A stretch of 64,000 nt of DNA, taken from Candidatus Daviesbacteria bacterium RIFCSPLOWO2_01_FULL_39_23. Its GTDB lineage: Bacteria > Patescibacteriota > Microgenomatia > Daviesbacterales > UBA10151. The notes below the pieces were generated by a model. It saw nothing but the letters and a program-made list of their open reading frames with translations. It was not told the DNA's origin and did not search any database. Below, piece by piece: positions 58,542 to 64,000 of this stretch. Position 1 is the first letter of the stretch, and the number at the start of each line of letters is the position of its first letter. A program made the translations under genes and the position numbers. The stretch lies in the NCBI GenBank assembly GCA_001776935.1, contig MFDN01000015.1, positions 102,578 through 166,577 on the forward strand, read 5' to 3'.

Positions 58542-58679
58542 TTAGCCACCGATTTTAAACATGGAGGTTCCACAAACCGGGCAAGTGCCTTTTGAGGCTT
58601 TTTTACCATTTTTCATAGTTACCTCTTGTACATTTTCGGCGTCTCTTTTTTGGCGGCATTTTACACAATACATTTGCAT
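58542..58679 (-). CDS. small zinc-ribbon protein (45 aa), below the ORF-track threshold
   Basis: Minus-strand translation MQMYCVKCRQKRDAENVQEVTMKNGKKASKGTCPVCGTSMFKIGG with CxxC...CxxC. This resembles widespread small Zn-ribbon proteins of the DUF5679 type. Confidence 0.6.
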   Translation of the reverse strand: MQMYCVKCRQKRDAENVQEVTMKNGKKASKGTCPVCGTSMFKIGG

Positions 58680-58701
58680 AATTAAGTATTTCACCCCCTT
58701 T

Positions 58702-59022
58702 CTAAAATATTCTTAAATTCAGAAGATTGTTTTTTAAGAGAAAAAATAATGAAATTTGCGCTCCGATAGCCATAGAGGAAAGTATTAAAATTTTTGCCAA
58801 GTCGTGGCGTAGGTAAGCGAAATCGGTTCGGAACGACTCGGAATGACTCGGTGCGCCAGAGTATTGGTGTGTTAGAATTCCAGTTCCGGTTAACTGATTC
58901 TCCGATTTAACTGGTTCTCCGATTCTTTCTGAGTTTTCTGAATTCTTCCCATAGACTTGTCTGCGCAGTATTTGTAAGCGTTTTTCCAGGTCTGAAAGTT
59001 TTGCAGTTTGTTGGTATGCCAT
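58702..59022 (-). CDS. hypothetical small protein with a C-terminal hydrophobic helix. The coding status is uncertain
   Basis: The ORF contains low-complexity direct repeats (a 17-bp x2 repeat at 58890-58923). No homology recognised. Confidence 0.25.
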   Translation of the reverse strand: MAYQQTAKLSDLEKRLQILRRQVYGKNSENSERIGEPVKSENQLTGTGILTHQYSGAPSHSESFRTDFAYLRHDLAKILILSSMAIGAQISLFFLLKNNLLNLRIF

Positions 59023-59151
59023 GCTAAGTTTTAGATCGAGCGTGCGAAATGAGCCTAGCACGAACAGTTGAGGCTGTCAAGCACCAGTTGTATTGTCGAA
59101 TATTGTAGTTGACAATATTTGCATTCATAAAGTATATTGAAAGAGTAACTT

Positions 59152-59625
59152 ATGTATCCGGATTGGTTCGTCATTGCCTTGCCTGCAATGGCGGTAATTT
59201 TTCTTTGGCTTGGATTTTTAAGTTTTTTTATTGGGAGGCAAAATAAATTTCTAAAATCACTTTTTCCTAAATCAGGAGAAAGGGATATAAGGAAAAAGTT
59301 TGAAGAGATACGAGAAACGGTGGAAGGATTTCAAAAAGAGTTATTCGGTATAAGCAAGAAGATAGAAACGGTTGAAGAAGAGGGGTTTCAGCACATACAA
59401 AGAGTTGAACTTATGCGGTTTAACCCTTATGATGATACAGGAGGAGACCAAAGCTTTACTGTAGCATTATTAAATAACGAAGGGTCTGGTATTGTTGTAA
59501 GTAGCTTGCATGCAAGATCAGGAACAAGGGTATTTGCAAAGGATGTAAAAGAGGGAAAGGGCGGCAAGTATCAGCTCTCTAAAGAGGAAGAGCTGGTTAT
59601 TAAGAAGGCAATGGAAGATAAATGA
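59152..59625 (+). CDS. DUF4446 family protein (N-terminal TM helix)
   Basis: RFNPYDDTGGDQSFTVALLNNEGSGIVVSSL matches the DUF4446 signature. Confidence 0.65.
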   Translation: MYPDWFVIALPAMAVIFLWLGFLSFFIGRQNKFLKSLFPKSGERDIRKKFEEIRETVEGFQKELFGISKKIETVEEEGFQHIQRVELMRFNPYDDTGGDQSFTVALLNNEGSGIVVSSLHARSGTRVFAKDVKEGKGGKYQLSKEEELVIKKAMEDK

Positions 59626-60821
59626 AAAAAATAATAGATACATTTCAGACTTTAACTAATCTGCAAAGAGTTTTAGTTTTAATAATTTTAGGAGTGGTAG
59701 TGTATGGCGCTTCCACAAGCTTATCGTATTCTTTATTCAGCCGGTTTATTTCAACTCCTTCGGTTAAAGAAGGCGGTACGTCTTCACTGCCAACTGCGAC
59801 AACAGCTTTTGTTGAGGATCCGAACGAGCCAAGGACAGAAATTTGCCCGTTAAACGGTAATAAACATACCAAAAAAGCCAAAGAATTCTGGGAAAAGAGA
59901 CGCCCTCTGGCAGTTATGATTGAAAACCACACAGAAGCAAGGCCCCAGTCCGGGTTATCCTCTGCAGATGTAGTATATGAGGCTGTGGCAGAAGGCGGAA
60001 TTACCAGATTCATGGCTTTGTTTTATTGTAATCTTGCAGACACTCAGGTGGGTCCTGTCAGATCAGCAAGAACGTATTTTCTGGATCCGCTTGCAGAGTA
60101 TGATGCTTCGTACGCTCATGTAGGAGGAGCTAATACTCCCGGCCCCGCTGATGCATTGTCACAGATTATTAAATACGGAGTTAAGGATTTGAACCAATTC
60201 AGTATAGGATTTCCTGTTTTTTGGAGAGATTATCAGCGATTGGGTCATTCTGTCGCTACAGAACATACAATGTATTCAACCACCGCAAAACTTTGGGAGG
60301 TTGCAGCAAAACGTGGATTTTTGGCTACAGATTCAGCCGGGATACGATGGGATAAAAACTTTAAGCCATGGACCTTTAAAGATGATGAGCAAAGCTCTTC
60401 TACGAATAAAGCCGGAGGTGCAACCGCTAAGATTGCAGTTAATTTTTGGGAAAGCCAGCCTTCATACAGGGTAGAATGGAATTATGATGCTGCTACAAAT
60501 TCATATAAAAGGAAAAACGGTGAGTCTCATCTAGATTTAAACAATAAAAAGCAGCTTGATGCAAAAGTTGTTATTGTGCAATTCCAAAAGGAATCTAATG
60601 CTAACGACGGCTATCCGGGGAATGTGCACCTGTTATACGGGACAACAGGTACCGGCAAAGCATTAATTTTCCAGGATGGGAATGTTTTGGAAGGGAAATG
60701 GGTTAAGACCTCAAGAACTGCAAGAAGTAAGTTTGTGGATAAATCAGGTAAGGAAGTGGAATTAAACAGAGGCCAAATTTGGATCCAAACTGTCCCGGAA
60801 GGATCCAAAGTAAGCTACTGA
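59622..60821 (+). CDS. DUF3048 (YerB-like) domain secreted/lipoprotein-type protein
   Basis: N-terminal TM/signal anchor. RPLAVMIENHTEARPQSGLSSADVVYEAVAEGGITRFMALF matches the DUF3048 N-terminal domain. Overlaps the upstream gene by 4 bp. Confidence 0.65.
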   Translation: MKKIIDTFQTLTNLQRVLVLIILGVVVYGASTSLSYSLFSRFISTPSVKEGGTSSLPTATTAFVEDPNEPRTEICPLNGNKHTKKAKEFWEKRRPLAVMIENHTEARPQSGLSSADVVYEAVAEGGITRFMALFYCNLADTQVGPVRSARTYFLDPLAEYDASYAHVGGANTPGPADALSQIIKYGVKDLNQFSIGFPVFWRDYQRLGHSVATEHTMYSTTAKLWEVAAKRGFLATDSAGIRWDKNFKPWTFKDDEQSSSTNKAGGATAKIAVNFWESQPSYRVEWNYDAATNSYKRKNGESHLDLNNKKQLDAKVVIVQFQKESNANDGYPGNVHLLYGTTGTGKALIFQDGNVLEGKWVKTSRTARSKFVDKSGKEVELNRGQIWIQTVPEGSKVSY

Positions 60822-60846
60822 TGAGTGATTGCCTGCCTGAAAGGAG

Positions 60847-61446
60847 GTGGCAATGTTAGAGGAATTATTTGTTTCAAGAGTCCGGGTAAAAATACTACAA
60901 CTTTTTTTGTCTTTACCTGTTGATACGCTTTTTCATGTCCGGGAAATTGTGAGACGTGTCTCGGAAGAAATCAATGCTGTTAGACGAGAGCTTGCAAGAA
61001 TGGAAAAATATGGGATGGTCTCGTCAGAATGGCGCGCCAACAGAAGATTATATAGATTCAAAAAAGACTATATTTTTTATGGAGAATTATTAGCTTTAGT
61101 GGCTAAAACTACTGGTTTAGGCGGAAACTTAATTAAAAATAAGAATAAACTTGGAAAGATTAAGTTTGCTTTTGTATCAACAAAATTTTTTAAAGGAAAA
61201 AAGCTTGAAGAGAGCGATAATGTTGATATTTTAGTAGTGGGGAGTATCGTACTTCCGCAGTTGCAAGCTATTATTTCCGACGAGCAGGCAAAAAGAGAAG
61301 CGGAGATAAATTATTCGTTTATGGATGAGGCAGAATTTAAATTTAGGGTTAAAAGAAGAGACCCATTTATTCTAAAAGTATTAATCCAACCGAAAATTAT
61401 GCTAATTGGAGATGAGGATGAAATACTGGAAGGGATAATTGTTTAG
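60847..61446 (+). CDS. putative winged-helix transcriptional regulator
   Basis: N-terminal wHTH-like segment (FHVREIVRRVSEEINAVRRELARMEKYGMV). The C-terminal domain is unknown. Confidence 0.45.
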   Translation: MAMLEELFVSRVRVKILQLFLSLPVDTLFHVREIVRRVSEEINAVRRELARMEKYGMVSSEWRANRRLYRFKKDYIFYGELLALVAKTTGLGGNLIKNKNKLGKIKFAFVSTKFFKGKKLEESDNVDILVVGSIVLPQLQAIISDEQAKREAEINYSFMDEAEFKFRVKRRDPFILKVLIQPKIMLIGDEDEILEGIIV

Positions 61447-61455
61447 ACTAAAGTT

Positions 61456-62760
61456 ATGAAGCCGCGGGCTGTGTTGTGGATTATTGTTTTTATTACTATA
61501 ATTTCGCTCTTTTTTAATCTTCCTGCATTTCCTAAAGTTAAAATATTGGGCAGAAGTGTAAACATAGATTTTCCTTTGAAATTAGGACTTGATTTGCAGG
61601 GAGGGACTCAGGTTGTTTTAGAAGCTCAAATGGATAAGATAGATCCGCAGAACAGGGATGCGGCGCTTGAGTCTGCTAAAAATGTTATAGAAAAAAGGGT
61701 TAATTTGTTTGGCGTATCTGAAGCTTTGGTCCAGTCTTCAAAGATAGGCGATCAAAGAAGAATTTTGGTTGAATTGCCGGGTTTAAAGGATGCCTCAGCA
61801 GCAGCGGCCATGATTGGCAAAACTGCACAGTTGGATTTTAGGGAACAGATTGCAACCCCCTCATCTGAGGCAACCCGATCCGCGCAGGCATTATTTGATA
61901 GTTTTAGACCAACCGGGTTAACGGGGGCGGATTTAAAAAAGGCTCAGGTGACATTCGGAAGTGGAAATGGAAAAACAGGACCGCAAGTATCGATTGAGTT
62001 TACCCAGGAAGGGGCTTCCAAGTTTGCAGAAGTTACAAAAAGAAATATTAACAAGCCGTTGGCTATGTTTTTAGATAATGCACCTATCAGTTGGCCTCCT
62101 CCTGTTGTTCAACAGGAAATTATTGGCGGAAATGCCGTTATAACGGGCAACTTTACAACAGATGAGGCGAAAAACTTGGCCATTCAGCTTAACGCGGGAG
62201 CATTGCCTGTGCCGATTAAGATTTTGGAACAAAGATCCATCGGTCCAACGCTGGGAGCAGAATCGGTGAATAAAAGTTTGGTCGCGGGAATAATAGGGCT
62301 TGCCATTGTTGCCGTATATATGGGAGCATATTATGGTGTTTTGGGGCTGATTGCAGACGTTGCTTTAATTATTTATACGATTTTGATTCTTGCAATATTT
62401 AAAACAGGTCTTTTTATTCTGCCGCCTGTAACTTTAACATTAGCAGGAATTGCCGGATTTATCTTATCGATCGGGATGGCAGTTGACGCAAATATTTTAA
62501 TTTTTGAAAGAATGAAGGAAGAAATCCGCTGGGGAAAGGGCAAAACTACAGCATTAGAATTGGGTTTTAAAAGAGCTTGGTCTTCCATTTGGGCTTCTAA
62601 TGTTTCCTCTCTCATTACGGCTGCAATTTTATATGGAATGGGCACTTCCCTTATACGGGGTTTTGCCATAACTTTAGCAATAGGAGTGATGGTTTCGATG
62701 TTTACAAGTTATGTGGTGACCAGAACATTTTTGAGATATGTAATAAGTGAAAAAAGATAG
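61456..62760 (+). CDS. secD: protein translocase subunit SecD
   Basis: GLDLQGGTQVVLEA signature, a periplasmic P1 domain and 6 C-terminal TM helices. Confidence 0.9.
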   Translation: MKPRAVLWIIVFITIISLFFNLPAFPKVKILGRSVNIDFPLKLGLDLQGGTQVVLEAQMDKIDPQNRDAALESAKNVIEKRVNLFGVSEALVQSSKIGDQRRILVELPGLKDASAAAAMIGKTAQLDFREQIATPSSEATRSAQALFDSFRPTGLTGADLKKAQVTFGSGNGKTGPQVSIEFTQEGASKFAEVTKRNINKPLAMFLDNAPISWPPPVVQQEIIGGNAVITGNFTTDEAKNLAIQLNAGALPVPIKILEQRSIGPTLGAESVNKSLVAGIIGLAIVAVYMGAYYGVLGLIADVALIIYTILILAIFKTGLFILPPVTLTLAGIAGFILSIGMAVDANILIFERMKEEIRWGKGKTTALELGFKRAWSSIWASNVSSLITAAILYGMGTSLIRGFAITLAIGVMVSMFTSYVVTRTFLRYVISEKR

Positions 62761-62768
62761 GTTTCAAG

Positions 62769-63644
62769 ATGAAATTTATAAGCAGAAAGCCTCATTATGA
62801 ATATTTAAGAAATAAATGGACTTTGCGCAATCAGGCTATCCAAAATAATTTTTGGGAAAAACATAGCGAAGCCTTAAAGCATTTTGCAGTTGGTTCTTTA
62901 GGAGGGTTAATGTTATTATCTGCGCCTTCTCATCCGCGGTTGTCGGCTGCTTCGGAATATGCGCTAAGCCGCGACGATGTCTTAAAAAGTTATGACCGCA
63001 ATGTCTTATTGGCTCAGGAATTATTGGATAAAATACCCAAAGAGGTTAGACCCTTGGAGCAGACAGAAGAAAAAGATATAACTGAGATATTATCCCGCAA
63101 TTTCGATATAAAAATAACGGCACAGCTGAATGACATCAGGCTTAATAGGAATTATGGTTTAATTGGAGGAGAGCAGCACCTATACCGTTATCCTGGTGAT
63201 AATTTGTCTGCTCATGCATATAATGCGTCTGATTTTGCAAAGTACGCTGATGCCGGTATTGCGCCGGGACTTGGAGCATGGGGCTATTTTGCGCCTTCGC
63301 AAAAGGATTTCGGAGAAGTTAATAAGGAAAGGGAAAGGTATTACCTGGCAATTCAAACTTTTAAAGCGCCGGGTTTTGCAGAGAATTTTATAAAATACAG
63401 GGATTTTTTTAAGTTTCGGAAGATGCTGGTGGTGAATCCTAAAACCGGACAGACTGTTGTGGCAGTAGTTGGCGATGCAGGTCCTTCCGAATGGACAGGT
63501 AAGCACTTGGGCGGTTCACCAGAGGTGATGGATGAGTTGGGGCTTGCCTCGGGTCCAAGAAAAGGGCCGGTGCTGTATTTTTTTATTGATGACCCGGAAA
63601 ATAAAATTCCTTTGGGTCCGCTTAAAGTTAGGAGTGATGCATGA
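62769..63644 (+). CDS. RlpA-like double-psi beta-barrel (DPBB) domain protein, putative peptidoglycan-binding/lytic
   Basis: C-terminal VVNPKTGQTVVAVVGDAGPSEWTGKHLGGSPEVMDELG resembles the RlpA/expansin DPBB core (xVxVNDRGP...IDLSxxA). An N-terminal signal anchor is present. Confidence 0.45.
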   Translation: MKFISRKPHYEYLRNKWTLRNQAIQNNFWEKHSEALKHFAVGSLGGLMLLSAPSHPRLSAASEYALSRDDVLKSYDRNVLLAQELLDKIPKEVRPLEQTEEKDITEILSRNFDIKITAQLNDIRLNRNYGLIGGEQHLYRYPGDNLSAHAYNASDFAKYADAGIAPGLGAWGYFAPSQKDFGEVNKERERYYLAIQTFKAPGFAENFIKYRDFFKFRKMLVVNPKTGQTVVAVVGDAGPSEWTGKHLGGSPEVMDELGLASGPRKGPVLYFFIDDPENKIPLGPLKVRSDA

Positions 63645-63964
63645 AAACTTTTTATTCTCATTTAATCGAAATAGAGTCTGTAAATGTGGAACTTTATAAG
63701 TTAGATTTATCAAAAGAACAAGCTTTGCACCTTGCGGGATTAATTGATTCGAGTCTGCATCACACGATTTTGGATACTATTTTATCAAAACTTTCGTCAA
63801 GCGATAAAAGAGTTTTTTTGAACCATTTAAAAGAAGATGATCATGATAAGATATGGCGGTTTTTAAATGAAAAAGTTGATAAAATTGAAGTTGAAATTAA
63901 AAAAGCAGCAAAGGATTTAAAAGACCAGCTGCAGAAGGATTTAATGGAGGCAAAAAGAAAGTAA
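63641..63964 (+). CDS. hypothetical protein (107 aa, helical, K/E-rich C-terminus)
   Basis: ORF only. Its 4-bp overlap with the upstream gene suggests it is co-transcribed. Confidence 0.35.
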   Translation: MKTFYSHLIEIESVNVELYKLDLSKEQALHLAGLIDSSLHHTILDTILSKLSSSDKRVFLNHLKEDDHDKIWRFLNEKVDKIEVEIKKAAKDLKDQLQKDLMEAKRK

Positions 63965-64000
63965 CTATGAATCTGATGAAATATAAGACCTGGTACTTTG

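Noticed and set aside
1-64000. CRISPR arrays, reverse transcriptases, transposases, integrases and toxin-antitoxin pairs
   Set aside because: None was found on either strand. The only regularly repeated sequences are the palindromic elements and short 7- or 17-bp tandem repeats, and none has the repeat-spacer periodicity of CRISPR.

Overview
This is a gene-dense, AT-rich bacterial window read with the standard genetic code. Gene content suggests a Patescibacteria (CPR-type) genome: an extended run of syntenic ribosomal-protein genes with no L30, lineage-specific extensions on many r-proteins, a reduced RNase P RNA, small GIY-YIG proteins and a sortase. The conserved core consists of rpoB-rpoC fused to the str operon (rpsL-rpsG-fusA-tuf), followed by the S10-spc-alpha r-protein cluster (rpsJ through rplQ, with secY-adk-map-infA-rpmJ), then rplM-rpsI, a phosphohexomutase, metK behind an apparent SAM riboswitch, tRNA-Pro(GGG), recA-recX-rny, hup, miaA, RNase P RNA, yifB/comM and secD. 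Accessory content includes a sortase co-transcribed with a 548-aa membrane-anchored protein, an orphan histidine kinase, and a divergent pair of a kinase-like P-loop protein and a HAD phosphatase. There is also a cluster of four large polytopic GT-C-like membrane proteins, a stand-alone GreA N-terminal coiled-coil protein and several small proteins. The most unusual signal is a family of about 90-140-bp nested-palindromic repeat elements. Their termini are GTCATCCTGAG...CTCAGAATGAC and they carry an inner GAAGGATCTCT/AGAGATTCTTC pair. They occur at six or more intergenic sites. Two of these sites sit directly beside small GIY-YIG nuclease genes, one as a cassette with perfect 11-bp terminal inverted repeats. 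The two GIY-YIG sites interrupt the otherwise universally conserved rpsG-fusA-tuf arrangement. No CRISPR array, reverse transcriptase or transposase was seen.
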